Notes under the pieces: generated by a model
Databases searched by the model: none
What the model saw: only the letters and a program-made list of their open reading frames with translations
Told to the model about the DNA's origin: nothing
Made by a program: the position numbers and the translations under genes
In this document: positions 30,512 through 40,193 of the stretch, in pieces
Layout: the number at the start of each line of letters is the position of its first letter
Position numbering within the stretch: position 1 is the stretch's first letter
Source: Thermodesulfobacteriota bacterium
Lineage (GTDB): Bacteria; Desulfobacterota_D; UBA1144; Nemesobacterales; Mycalebacteriaceae
Direction: 5' to 3'
Length of the DNA stretch: 64,000 bases
Assembly: GCA_965226585.1 (NCBI GenBank)
Contig: OZ245366.1
Coordinates: 480,001-544,000, forward strand

Positions 30512-31318
30512 ATGGAATTACAAAAGAAGAAGTCAATTGAAGCTATAGTTCGTTCTGCTGTGGAGTCGTACGCCGTAGGCTTTCAAGCACGCCATGAAGG
30601 AGAGGTTGATAATCCTTCTGGCGTCATCAATATGAAGGTTCATAATGTTTTTATTGAGGCACTTGGGAAAGATATTCAATACTACGCTGCACTTGTACGT
30701 TCTTTGGATAGTTCACTCGGAAACATGCTTGAAAACATGGCAATCAACATAGCAAAGATGTCATTTGAGGTGAGAACCAATGTTGAAGGTCCGCTTGACC
30801 CATCTCAAACACGGAAGATTGCAAATATTCTGGAGAAGTACAAAAGTCGCAAGAAGGTACCGGCAATATCTGACTATAAGGGTTTGAGAAAACCCCCGAA
30901 GGGTGACAAGGCAAGTAAAAAACGCCATGAAAGCGATTACTACTTGATTGATGACAAAAATGACAGTCACTATTTGATTGAACTGAAAATTGGCGGTGAT
31001 CTGGATAACAAGAAAGCCCGTTCCGAGAAAGAGGCGATTTTAGAACAGTTTGCCATATTGTCTAATACTCTCCCACAAGATAAAGAAATTAAGATTTTCT
31101 TTGCAACAGGCTATAACCGCTTTGGTGAGAATCAGCCTTGGAAACAGGAGCGTGTTCGTCAGTTTTTTGCTGATGAAGAACTACTTGTCGGCAAAGATTT
31201 CTGGAATTTTGTATGTTGTTCAGATGACGGCTATCCTACCGTCATTAATACTTACAGAGAGAGTGCCCACTTGATTAACAAAGCACTCGAGTCGATAAAG
31301 AGGACTTATCTTGGCTAA
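30512..31318 (+). CDS. Type II restriction endonuclease, TdeIII-like
   Basis: RSLDSSLG, ESD...IELKIGGDLDNKKA PD-(D/E)xK core, ATGYN, LVGKDFWNF; overlaps the downstream MTase. Confidence 0.78.
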   Translation: MELQKKKSIEAIVRSAVESYAVGFQARHEGEVDNPSGVINMKVHNVFIEALGKDIQYYAALVRSLDSSLGNMLENMAINIAKMSFEVRTNVEGPLDPSQTRKIANILEKYKSRKKVPAISDYKGLRKPPKGDKASKKRHESDYYLIDDKNDSHYLIELKIGGDLDNKKARSEKEAILEQFAILSNTLPQDKEIKIFFATGYNRFGENQPWKQERVRQFFADEELLVGKDFWNFVCCSDDGYPTVINTYRESAHLINKALESIKRTYLG

Positions 31319-32081
31319 AAAAGTAGAAAAGAGTTATCAATTGCGTCTGGGGGATAGCCATGAATTGATAAAGCAAGTACCCACTTCTTCTGTTGATTTA
31401 ATCCTTACAGATCCTCCCTATAATCTAAGTCCTTATTCTACCGGCAACATTAAGATGTCTTGGCGAAAAGATTTGAACAACGATCTTGCGGACTGGGATA
31501 AGGTTGAATTCAAGCCGTCCGAATGGGTCAAGGAGTTTAAGAGAATACTAAAACCAGAAGGAAACATTTTTGCCTTCTGTAGTTACAATCTTATTGGCAA
31601 ATGGCACGAGGTTTTCGACCCTGAATTTGATACATTCCAATTTATGGTATGGCATAAAACAAACCCAGCACCCAAGATTCGTCGGGCGGGTTTCTTGAAC
31701 AGTTGTGAAATGATAATTTGTATGTGGAACAAAAACCACACTTGGAATTTTACAAATCAAAGAGATATGCACAACTTTATTGAAACACCGATTTGCATGG
31801 GTGTTGAAAGGATGAAAAAACCGAAACACCCTACACAGAAGCCAGTAAGGGTTTTAGAACATTGTATCAACCTTGCTTCGGTGGAGGGTGATGTTGTTTT
31901 TGACCCGTTTATGGGAGTTGGTTCAACAGGAATTGCCGCCCTCAATTTGGATAGGAAGTTTATTGGATTTGAAATAGAAAAAGAATATTTTAAGGCAGCA
32001 GAGAAAAGATTGGATGGTAAACCTGCCAAACTAGTTTTTGATTGCGATAAGCAAACTTCACGTAAGGTAGGTGTATCATAG
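31311..32081 (+). CDS. Site-specific DNA methyltransferase (N4-C/N6-A, beta class)
   Basis: DPPY precedes HPTQKP and DPFMGVGSTG. Confidence 0.93.
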   Translation: MAKKVEKSYQLRLGDSHELIKQVPTSSVDLILTDPPYNLSPYSTGNIKMSWRKDLNNDLADWDKVEFKPSEWVKEFKRILKPEGNIFAFCSYNLIGKWHEVFDPEFDTFQFMVWHKTNPAPKIRRAGFLNSCEMIICMWNKNHTWNFTNQRDMHNFIETPICMGVERMKKPKHPTQKPVRVLEHCINLASVEGDVVFDPFMGVGSTGIAALNLDRKFIGFEIEKEYFKAAEKRLDGKPAKLVFDCDKQTSRKVGVS

Positions 32082-32082
32082 G

Positions 32083-32700
32083 GTGATTATAGACTTTCCT
32101 GAGGCACAAACATATATTGCCAAGATAATTTCACAATATGTCAATAGACAAATTCGTGAACGCTCTAAATTGCTTTCAATGATGAATCCGGTACATGTCG
32201 TACATGAGGGTGACAGAATTGGAATTCACCGTGAAGATGGGAGCCGTGAGTCTAAACCACTTACGCTTCATAAGAGTGAGGTCCAAATAACAGGTGATAA
32301 TGGGGTTGCAATTGGAGCAGAAGAACTGGTAAAAGGTCTTGATGATATGGTCGGGGATATGTCTCGTCAACTTGAAAAAAGTGTTGTGAGTGGAATACAA
32401 GATATCGCCGAGAAAGGCGAGAATACAGTCTCAGGCAGTATGGACAATATTGAAAGTATGCAAGATATGCTTCTTCAATCAATGGAGAATATGCATATTG
32501 ATTTCAAAGATGGTGATCGCAATAAGCCAATACTCCCAAGTTTGCTTGTTCACCCCACTATGGGTTCAAAACTCGCCGAACTTGCATCAGGAGAGACGCA
32601 GATACAAAAAGATAACTTTAAGGAACGCGAAAAAAAGATATTGGATGAAAAATATAAGGATTACATAAATGATATCAATTCTCGTATTATCGTAGATTGA
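32083..32700 (+). CDS. Hypothetical protein with HK97 capsid/encapsulin-fold-like motifs (tentative)
   Basis: Clean ORF tightly packed between the MTase and the nuclease gene (GTG 32071 or 32083). The fold guess rests on eye-read motifs only. Confidence 0.6.
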   Translation: MIIDFPEAQTYIAKIISQYVNRQIRERSKLLSMMNPVHVVHEGDRIGIHREDGSRESKPLTLHKSEVQITGDNGVAIGAEELVKGLDDMVGDMSRQLEKSVVSGIQDIAEKGENTVSGSMDNIESMQDMLLQSMENMHIDFKDGDRNKPILPSLLVHPTMGSKLAELASGETQIQKDNFKEREKKILDEKYKDYINDINSRIIVD

Positions 32701-32701
32701 T

Positions 32702-34318
32702 ATGTGCAGTAGTAACAATCAAAATAGAGACCCTTTTTTACAGAGAGCTATTGAATACTGGCTAGATTCTGCAAACGAACTTGGCTATCAGCCACTTTTC
32801 TGTGAGTCATTGATAAACAAAGGGTATAGTCTCAAATATTCAATTAAAAATACGAGTTTTGAACAGGGAAAGGATGTTGTTGCAGTTGATTCTGAAGGAA
32901 TACCCCATGCTTATCAATTAAAGGGTGGAAAGATAACTTTGGATAGGTGGAGAAGAGAAGTTAGACCTGAGATAGAGGCATTAATTGATTGTCCAATAGA
33001 GCATCCTGAAATTAAAAAAGAAGACATGCATGAGTCTCACCTCGTTACTAATGGTGAGTTAGATGATAGTGTTAGGGTTGAAATAAATAGCCTCAATTCC
33101 AAGAAATGGAAGGAAACTCCTCTGCGTTTAGAAACAAGAGGGGATTTGCTAAGTGCTTTTCAGAAAATGGCAGAAGGGATGTTTCCTATTGATGCGCAAA
33201 TGTACAGACAAATTGTTGATTTAATGTTTGTGGATGGAGAGGGTTCTCCTAATCTGGATCGAGTAAACAATTTTCTTGTTGGGATTCTACAAATAAACAA
33301 AGACGGTAAAGTTCCAAAAGAGCAGAGGAAAAGAGATATAGCGGCAGCACTTCTTTACTCAACAATTTTTGTAGGGCATTACAGAAAAATGGAAAACCAT
33401 ATTTCCGTTGTCCGGATAATGGTTTTGTTGCTTTCTCTAATCTTTCATTTAGTCGACAAGCATAATCTTGAAGACAAGTATTGGATTGATTCCTACAAAA
33501 TCATCTGGAATGACATTGTTGAAACATTAAAATTATTAGAAGGTGAAATTAAAGATGGTTCTCTTCATAGAATTCCTGAAGACCCTCTGAAGAGTGGACT
33601 CAAGCAATTTAGAGAGCATGGAGCAGTTTCCCTCCTGCTTTCCCTTCAATTGGCAGAATGTATCTCAAACAAAGAAAAACGTAACGATATAGTTGATTAC
33701 TTAACTCAAGTAGATATAAACAAACATATTTTACTCTGGGGAGAATCTTCTTTAGTCCCCTACATTTTTATGTCGTTGATATTAAAGGTTCAAGAACCAA
33801 AATTCGCGTCTGATATTTTGAAAAATGCAGCATTAGAGATAATCAGACATAATGGAAGAACATCTAATGAAAAACTAGGTCTGCTTTCTCCTTATTATGA
33901 TATAGATTATGCAGTAAAAATAAAATTCGATTTGTTGGAGAAAGAATTCGAGGATCATACACCTCTGCATTCTTATTTTTTAAATCCTCTCGTTCACCTG
34001 CTTGCAAGATTTCAAGAAAGAGCTTTTCTTTCTAGTGTTTGGAAGGAGATTTCCTTCATATATTTTGAAGAGTTTGTATTTGATAATAACATAGACTATT
34101 ACCTTTGGAGATCCCAAAGAGGGGAAAATCTTACCACCGCTCCACAGAAACAGCAAAGTTGGTCGGATCTAGAGAATAAATCTTCTCAAACCAGTAGTGA
34201 TATGCCTCCGAAAACGATGCAAAGATTTCCAGAATTTTTACCACTTTTCCTCTCAGTATTTCCTTTCAGATTAAATTCTCAAACACTATGTTTTTTGGAC
34301 AGTCAAATTAATGGCTAA
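32702..34318 (+). CDS. Hypothetical protein with N-terminal Mrr-like PD-QxK nuclease domain and helical C-terminus
   Basis: NELGYQPLF...EQGKDVVAVD...AYQLK...LVTNG; starts 1 nt after the upstream stop. Confidence 0.72.
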   Translation: MCSSNNQNRDPFLQRAIEYWLDSANELGYQPLFCESLINKGYSLKYSIKNTSFEQGKDVVAVDSEGIPHAYQLKGGKITLDRWRREVRPEIEALIDCPIEHPEIKKEDMHESHLVTNGELDDSVRVEINSLNSKKWKETPLRLETRGDLLSAFQKMAEGMFPIDAQMYRQIVDLMFVDGEGSPNLDRVNNFLVGILQINKDGKVPKEQRKRDIAAALLYSTIFVGHYRKMENHISVVRIMVLLLSLIFHLVDKHNLEDKYWIDSYKIIWNDIVETLKLLEGEIKDGSLHRIPEDPLKSGLKQFREHGAVSLLLSLQLAECISNKEKRNDIVDYLTQVDINKHILLWGESSLVPYIFMSLILKVQEPKFASDILKNAALEIIRHNGRTSNEKLGLLSPYYDIDYAVKIKFDLLEKEFEDHTPLHSYFLNPLVHLLARFQERAFLSSVWKEISFIYFEEFVFDNNIDYYLWRSQRGENLTTAPQKQQSWSDLENKSSQTSSDMPPKTMQRFPEFLPLFLSVFPFRLNSQTLCFLDSQING

Positions 34319-34367
34319 TTCAGGAGGTTGCCAAATTTGTCTTTTTCCCGGCATTGTTTTAGGTATT

Positions 34368-35459
34368 TCACCCCATCTCATACCCCGTACTCCTTCCGCC
34401 TTCTTTGCTTTTCTTTAATATCTTCAACTCAATCAGCGCGTTAATATCCCTTTGCGCGGTGTCTTGGGAGCATTTTCCCATCTTTGCCCACTTTGACGAA
34501 GTGAGTTTGCCCTTGAAGTTTCCGTCCAGAAGCAAGTTCAAAATCTTTGTCTGCCTGCTGTTGAAAGGCACCTCAGCGTATTCCTCCCAAAAACGCGCCT
34601 TATGCAGGATTGCCGACAGCATTTTGTCGGAACCCGCTATGGAACGTTTGAGACAACCCAGAAACCAACTCAGCCATTTTGTAATATCAACTCCGCTGTT
34701 TTGCGTTTCCTCAAGCTGTCTGTAGTAGTCCTGCCTCTCTTCCATTATCTGCGTGGACATACTGTAAAAACGTTGCGATGTTTCCTCGGAACGGGCAAGA
34801 GCCATCTCCGCTATCGCCCTTGTTGTGCGCCCGTTCCCGTCATCAAACGGGTGGATAATTACAAACCACAGGTGAGCAACCGCCGCTTTAATCACCGGAT
34901 CCATTGAAGACGGCGAGTTAAACCACGAAAGAAAATCATCCATCTCCTTCGGAACCCGCTCTGCGGGCGGAGCAACAAAATGAACCCTCATCCTTCCCTC
35001 GCGCCCCGATACAACCTGAACTCCGTGAGTACGCCACTTTCCGGTTGTTATCTTGTGAAAACCACTGCGCCCGTCCGGGAAAAGAGAAGCGTGCCAGCCG
35101 AAAAGCCGCTTTTTTGTGAGCGTTTTGTCAAAATTTGTTGTGGCGTCAATCAGTATCTCCACTATGCCGTCCACCTCACGCCCGTACGGTTTGCCCTCAT
35201 ACGTATCTATTCCCAAACGCCGCGCAACGGATGAACGAACCTCCTCAACATCAAGAAACTCCCCCTCAATTTCACTGGTTTTGATAATCTCTCCCGACAG
35301 AGTCCGGAAAGCGGCGTCACGCCTCAGATTAAAACCGAGACCGCTCATGCGTCCCAGCAAAAGCCCCTGCGTGCGGTGAACCTCCGCCAAAAGAGCAGAC
35401 AACTCGCCGTCATCCCACTTCAAAAGGGGCCAACCCTTTTCTTCCCATAAATACGGCAT
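34368..35459 (-). CDS. Fic family protein (DUF4172-type N-terminus, C-terminal wHTH)
   Basis: YLWEEKGWP, TSEIEGE, HPFDDGNGRTTR, CSQDTAQRDI, GGRSTGY. Start placed at MPYLW. Confidence 0.92.
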   Translation of the reverse strand: MPYLWEEKGWPLLKWDDGELSALLAEVHRTQGLLLGRMSGLGFNLRRDAAFRTLSGEIIKTSEIEGEFLDVEEVRSSVARRLGIDTYEGKPYGREVDGIVEILIDATTNFDKTLTKKRLFGWHASLFPDGRSGFHKITTGKWRTHGVQVVSGREGRMRVHFVAPPAERVPKEMDDFLSWFNSPSSMDPVIKAAVAHLWFVIIHPFDDGNGRTTRAIAEMALARSEETSQRFYSMSTQIMEERQDYYRQLEETQNSGVDITKWLSWFLGCLKRSIAGSDKMLSAILHKARFWEEYAEVPFNSRQTKILNLLLDGNFKGKLTSSKWAKMGKCSQDTAQRDINALIELKILKKSKEGGRSTGYEMG

Positions 35460-35469
35460 ATTGTGAACC

Positions 35470-35571
35470 TCTGCGGAGATTAATGTTGCTATTCTCCGCA
35501 TATTTTGCGGAGAATATAGCCCGCATTCACCGCAAAATCAACCTTAATCTCCGCACATTCTGCGGAGATTA
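35470..35571 (-). promoter_or_regulatory. Fic promoter flanked by TCTCCGCA-N5-TGCGGAGA operators
   Basis: TTGATT-N17-TATATT (35541-35513); inverted repeats at 35490-35516 and 35545-35571; extra half sites near 35471 and 35527. Confidence 0.75.
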
Positions 35572-35576
35572 GCAAT

Positions 35577-35634
35577 TTCTATGACTCATAATTTGGGGGT
35601 TTTATGAGTCATAGAACAGTTTCCTATGACTCAT
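35577..35634. repeat. CTATGACTCAT inverted repeat plus a third copy
   Basis: TTCTATGACTCATAA-N10-TTATGAGTCATAGAA (35577-35616); third copy at 35624-35634 overlaps the thiE stop. Confidence 0.8.
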
Positions 35635-36256
35635 CATTAAAAAACCCCGCCAGTTTTCGCGCCGCAGTTTCGGGGTCTTTCTCCCCAAATATTGCCGTGA
35701 TGACGGCTATTCCGTCCACTCCGGTTTTCAGCACATCGGCGGCGTTTTCGGGGGTTATTCCGCCAATCGCGAAAACGGGGATGGTCAGTTTCGCTTTTGC
35801 CTCGCGCAAAACCTCAAACGGGGTCGGTTTTCTGCCGGGCTTTGTGGGAGTGAAATACGGAGTTCCAAAAGCCGCGTAATCCGCCCCCGCTTTTTCGGCG
35901 GCAACCGCCCTTTCAATATCCCCGTAGCATGAAACGCCTATAATCGCCCCGCCGCCAAGCAGTTCTCTCGCCTCACAAACGGTTTTGTCTCCGCCGCCGA
36001 GATGAACCCCGTCCGCGCCCGCCTTTTTCGCAATCTCAGGGCTGTCATTGATTATGAACGGAACTCCGTATCTCCGCGCAATCGCGGCAAGGGCTTTTCC
36101 CTTTCCGGCTGTCTCATCTGCGCTTGAGTTTTTATCGCGCAGTTGAACAACCCTCGCCCCGCCTTTTATCGCGGCTTCAACGGAGCGGGCAAAACCGCCT
36201 TCCGGAATCAGCTTTTCATCCGTAATTGCGTAGAGTCCGCGCAGGGAAAAGTTCAT
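35624..36256 (-). CDS. thiE: Thiamine phosphate synthase
   Basis: GLYAIT, VQLRDK, INDS, DGVHLG, TPTKP, AIGGI. Confidence 0.94.
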   Translation of the reverse strand: MNFSLRGLYAITDEKLIPEGGFARSVEAAIKGGARVVQLRDKNSSADETAGKGKALAAIARRYGVPFIINDSPEIAKKAGADGVHLGGGDKTVCEARELLGGGAIIGVSCYGDIERAVAAEKAGADYAAFGTPYFTPTKPGRKPTPFEVLREAKAKLTIPVFAIGGITPENAADVLKTGVDGIAVITAIFGEKDPETAARKLAGFFNDES

Positions 36257-36265
36257 CGCGGTTTT

Positions 36266-37660
36266 TCAGTTTCCTTCAATGTGTTTGAAAATTGCGTCTT
36301 TCACAACGTCATAACTGTTGGGCAGTTCCAGAGGCTGATTGCGGAACGTTTTGTTCGCGCCCTTTATCTTCCCCTCGTGATACCCGATTTTGAACTCAAC
36401 AAACTTCAGCCCGTGCGCCGTGGAGATAATCACCACCTTGTCTTTCTTTTTGAAAGTTCCCCGCGCCTGAAGTTTAAGGAAAACGGCAAGTGCCACACCC
36501 GTGTGCGGGCAGTTGAATGTGCCGGTTTTATCCGCCATCGCAGAAGCGTCTGACAGCTCTTTTTCAGATGCCTGCTCCACAATTCCGTCAAACTCCCGCA
36601 AGGTTTTTATCGCCTTGTTCACGCTCACCGGGTTTCCAATCTGAATCGCGTTGGCAAGCGTTTTCTTTGCCTTCACGGGCTTGAACTCTTTGAATCCTTT
36701 TTTGTAACTCAAGTAAAGCGGGTTGGCGTTTTGAGACTGCGCGCAAACGATGCGGGGCAGTTTTTTTATCAGCCCCAAGTCGCGCATAAGCAGAAATCCC
36801 TTTCCCAGCGCGGACACATTTCCGAGGTTTCCGCCCGGAATTATAATCCAGTCCGGCACGTCCCATTTGAACTGCTGGCAAAGCTCAATGCTGATGGTTT
36901 TCTGCCCTTCAATCCGCAAAGAGTTTATGGAGTTCGCCAGATATATGTTGTTTTCCTGCGTAACTTTCTGAACCATTTTCATACAGCCGTCAAAATCGGT
37001 ATCAAGAGAAAGCACCATCGCGCCGTTTGAAATTGGCTGAACAAGTTGAGCGAGAGAAACCTTTCCTCTCGGCAGAAACACAATCGCCGGAATATCAGCC
37101 GCCGCGCAATAAGCCGCCAGAGCGGCGGAGGTGTCTCCCGTTGAGGCGCAGGCGACCGCCGGAATGTCGCGGTTTTTTTTGCGCATATGCTGAACAACGG
37201 AAACAAGAACCGTCATTCCGAGGTCTTTGAAAGAGCCCGTGTGGCTGTTTCCGCACATCTTTATCCAGATGTCATTCATTCCCACCTGTTTGCCGAACCT
37301 CTCCGCCCAGAACAGATTTGTTGAGCCCTCATACATTGAGACGATGTCTTCATCCTTCACCACCGGGCAGACCCATTCTTTTTTGCCCCACACCGAACTG
37401 CCGAAGGGCCATGACTGATTTTTGTAGCGTTCGTCAAAGATGTTTTTCCACTCTTGCGGAGGCGTTTGGGCAAGCAGTTCCCTGTCGTGCGTTACTTCAA
37501 GCAGTTCGCCGCATTCACCGCAACGGTAGATAACTTCGTCAATTTCGTAGGTTTTGCCGCATTCGGGGTTGATGCAACTGAGCCATGCCCTGTAGACGGG
37601 TTTTTTTCCGGAGAGCTTTTTTTTGCGGGTGCTTCGGGAACCCGGAGAGGTGTTGGGCAT
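36266..37660 (-). CDS. thrC: Threonine synthase
   Basis: HTGSFKDLGM PLP lysine, CASTGDTS, PGGNLGN, STAHGLKF. Confidence 0.94.
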   Translation of the reverse strand: MPNTSPGSRSTRKKKLSGKKPVYRAWLSCINPECGKTYEIDEVIYRCGECGELLEVTHDRELLAQTPPQEWKNIFDERYKNQSWPFGSSVWGKKEWVCPVVKDEDIVSMYEGSTNLFWAERFGKQVGMNDIWIKMCGNSHTGSFKDLGMTVLVSVVQHMRKKNRDIPAVACASTGDTSAALAAYCAAADIPAIVFLPRGKVSLAQLVQPISNGAMVLSLDTDFDGCMKMVQKVTQENNIYLANSINSLRIEGQKTISIELCQQFKWDVPDWIIIPGGNLGNVSALGKGFLLMRDLGLIKKLPRIVCAQSQNANPLYLSYKKGFKEFKPVKAKKTLANAIQIGNPVSVNKAIKTLREFDGIVEQASEKELSDASAMADKTGTFNCPHTGVALAVFLKLQARGTFKKKDKVVIISTAHGLKFVEFKIGYHEGKIKGANKTFRNQPLELPNSYDVVKDAIFKHIEGN

Positions 37661-37710
37661 AGCGAAAAATACCGCACGAAACGGGCGGGTGTCAATCTCT
37701 GGGCGCGGAT

Positions 37711-40113
37711 TTAGAACAGATACTTCAGGCGCAAGCCAATCCTTCTCGGCTCCGTAACGGTTCTGGCGTATATGCGGATGGAAAAGCCGTCTCTGAGGCT
37801 GAATAATGGGTCGTTCAGAAGTGGCACGCCGTTCACGGCGCTGGTTGCCGAGTATTTGTTGAACAGGTTTTCCGCGAATGCGGAGAGCTTCATCCGTCCG
37901 ACTGAAACCGAAGCCGAAAGGTTGTGAACCCCGTAGCCGCCGAATTTGTCGCGGTAGTTCCCGTGCCCTCTGAAGAATTTGGATGTGCGCGAGTATCCGT
38001 AGAGAAAGTCCACGGGCGCGCCCGCCAGAGCGGTTTTGTAGAGCGCGAGCAAACTTGCCGTGTGCTCCGGCGCGTACGGGATTACCTCGTTATGCCCGTC
38101 TTCGGTATTCAGATAGCTCCACGAGCCGCGAATCTCCGCCTCTTCAAACGGCTTCAACACAAGCGAGAATTCCAGACCGGCGGTTTCGGCTTCCCCCTCA
38201 TTAACGGTGATTGCCTCGCCGCTTCCGGTGGATGCGGCAATCGTCTGAATGTCTTTCCATTGCGCGCTGAAAACCGCCGCGTCCGCTTCCACCGCGCCGC
38301 CAAGCCATGAGCCGCGAAACCCGATTTCGTAATTTGCCACGCTGTCCGGCATGAAGCTCACCTCATTCGGCTGAAGGCAACTTGCCTGCACGGTTTCGCC
38401 TTCCCCGGCGCCGAGATGCTGACTGCAGACCGGAAGCCGGTTGCGCCCGCCCAGCCGGTAGCCGCCCGCCCGCGTGAAATACGCGAAAAAGTTTTCCCGC
38501 ATTTTCATCTCCATTTTCACGCTGTAGACCGCGCCGCTGTCTTCACTGCCGAATTTTGAGTAGGGCGAGTCGTGCTCTCCGGTCCCGCCGTTTTCTCCGG
38601 GCGTGAACGGAAAGCGGGTGAACCCTTCAACCGTTCCCTCATACGAATACCACCGCCCGCCCGCGCTGATTTTCAGCCACCGGTCGAAAAGCGAGCGCGA
38701 AACCTCGCCGAACACGGCTTTTTCCGTATTCCGGTTGCGCTCTTCCGTTTCATATTCAAGCGTTTTGTCTGCGGCGTCAAAATCCGCAAGATTGAAAAAA
38801 TCCACAAGTCCGGGCGTGAACTCCTTTTGCGCGTCCGTATCGTCATTCTCCTCATAGAAAAGCCCCGCCGCAAATCTCCACTTGCCAATGTCATCTGACT
38901 CGGCGCGTATTTCAAAGCGCGTGTTTTCAATCTCAAAGTTGTCAACCGTAAGGGCGGAAAACTCCCGGAAACAGAAAGCGGCGGCGGTGGCGGGGTTACC
39001 GCACACACTCAAATCCGGCTGTCCGTTTTCGAGATAGGGCGAATAGTCGGCGTCATTTTCGTCTGCGTAGGGCGCAACCGTGCCGTGGGGCAGTAAGCCG
39101 CCGATGCCGAGCCACAGGAGCAGAAAATCCGTCTGGTCGCGCCAGCCCTCATACGAAAACTTTGAGTGTCCCGCCACGCCGGTGAACAGAACGGGACCTT
39201 TTTTCCATTTGAGGTTCGCGCTCCATATTTCGTTTTCAGAGTCGCCGGGTTCAAGGTAGCGGAATGCGGATTCATATTTTCCGGTGTTAAAATCGGAGAT
39301 TGTGTGGTTTGCCCGCCGCGCGCCGGATTCCTGTTTTTGTCTGTCGTATGACACGGCTGCCTCAATGTCTTCTGTCAACCGCCAGAGCAGTGAAAGGCGC
39401 GAGTACAGGGCTTTCTCATCATCCGCGTCTTTTTTCCTGCGCAGGTTGTCCGCCCGTGCGCTTTCGCCAAAATCCCTTGGGTCTGGCAGGGAAACTCCCG
39501 GTTCCCGCAGAAGGTAGTTGTAGTCAATAAATCCCGGCTCTCCGCTCCGCCGCACCGCGCCGCGAAAGGCAAGGCGGTTTTTCAAAACGGGCAGGTTGAC
39601 GATTGCGTCCGCTTCGTAGCCGTATCCGCCGCTCTTACTGCGAACATCTCCGCCCGCGCGGACGGACAGAGAAAATTTATCGGTATCCGGCTTGCGGGGA
39701 ATGTAATGCACCACGCCGCTCATAATGCCGGAGCCGTGCGCGACTCCCTGAGGTCCCTTAACGATTTCAACGCGTTCAAGGTCAAGCAGTTTCGGGTCTA
39801 TGCCGATAACCGGAAGTTCGCCGAGAAAGGCGGCGGAATGCGAGAAGCCGCGTATCAGCCGCAGGTTTTCTTCCCGTCCGCCCGTGTCAAAAACTGAAAA
39901 CCCCGCAACCCACGGCGACAAGTCCGAGATGTTGTCCGCGCCGAGCCGGTCAATTAAATCGCCGTCAATCAGAGTTACGGCGAAAGGTGTTTCAAAGAAG
40001 TTTTCCGTGTGCCATGTTTCCCTTGAGTAACCCGGCTCTGCGGTAAGGAGCAGGGCAAGGGAGACAAACAAGAAGTGGGTAAAAATGAGAGTTCTCGTCA
40101 TGATGTGCTTCAC
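37711..40113 (-). CDS. TonB-dependent receptor
   Basis: Signal peptide, IRG, DLERVEIVKGPQG plug motif, NLFNKY, PRRIGLRLKYLF terminus. Confidence 0.9.
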   Translation of the reverse strand: MKHIMTRTLIFTHFLFVSLALLLTAEPGYSRETWHTENFFETPFAVTLIDGDLIDRLGADNISDLSPWVAGFSVFDTGGREENLRLIRGFSHSAAFLGELPVIGIDPKLLDLERVEIVKGPQGVAHGSGIMSGVVHYIPRKPDTDKFSLSVRAGGDVRSKSGGYGYEADAIVNLPVLKNRLAFRGAVRRSGEPGFIDYNYLLREPGVSLPDPRDFGESARADNLRRKKDADDEKALYSRLSLLWRLTEDIEAAVSYDRQKQESGARRANHTISDFNTGKYESAFRYLEPGDSENEIWSANLKWKKGPVLFTGVAGHSKFSYEGWRDQTDFLLLWLGIGGLLPHGTVAPYADENDADYSPYLENGQPDLSVCGNPATAAAFCFREFSALTVDNFEIENTRFEIRAESDDIGKWRFAAGLFYEENDDTDAQKEFTPGLVDFFNLADFDAADKTLEYETEERNRNTEKAVFGEVSRSLFDRWLKISAGGRWYSYEGTVEGFTRFPFTPGENGGTGEHDSPYSKFGSEDSGAVYSVKMEMKMRENFFAYFTRAGGYRLGGRNRLPVCSQHLGAGEGETVQASCLQPNEVSFMPDSVANYEIGFRGSWLGGAVEADAAVFSAQWKDIQTIAASTGSGEAITVNEGEAETAGLEFSLVLKPFEEAEIRGSWSYLNTEDGHNEVIPYAPEHTASLLALYKTALAGAPVDFLYGYSRTSKFFRGHGNYRDKFGGYGVHNLSASVSVGRMKLSAFAENLFNKYSATSAVNGVPLLNDPLFSLRDGFSIRIYARTVTEPRRIGLRLKYLF

Positions 40114-40150
40114 CGGGGCAATTTATACGACTTCTTCCCCGCCGTAAATC

Positions 40151-40179
40151 TTGACACAAAACGGCTTTTGAAACACAAT
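40151..40179 (+). promoter_or_regulatory. Sigma70 promoter of tRNA-Val(GAC)
   Basis: TTGACA-N17-CACAAT ending 14 nt before the tRNA. Confidence 0.7.
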
Positions 40180-40193
40180 AGGCGGGCTTAAAA

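Noticed and set aside
30490..35620. Prophage or integrative element
   Set aside because: No integrase, terminase, portal, transposase or flanking att repeats seen.
36257..36265. TPP riboswitch before thiE
   Set aside because: thiE follows thrC after 9 nt, so there is no room.
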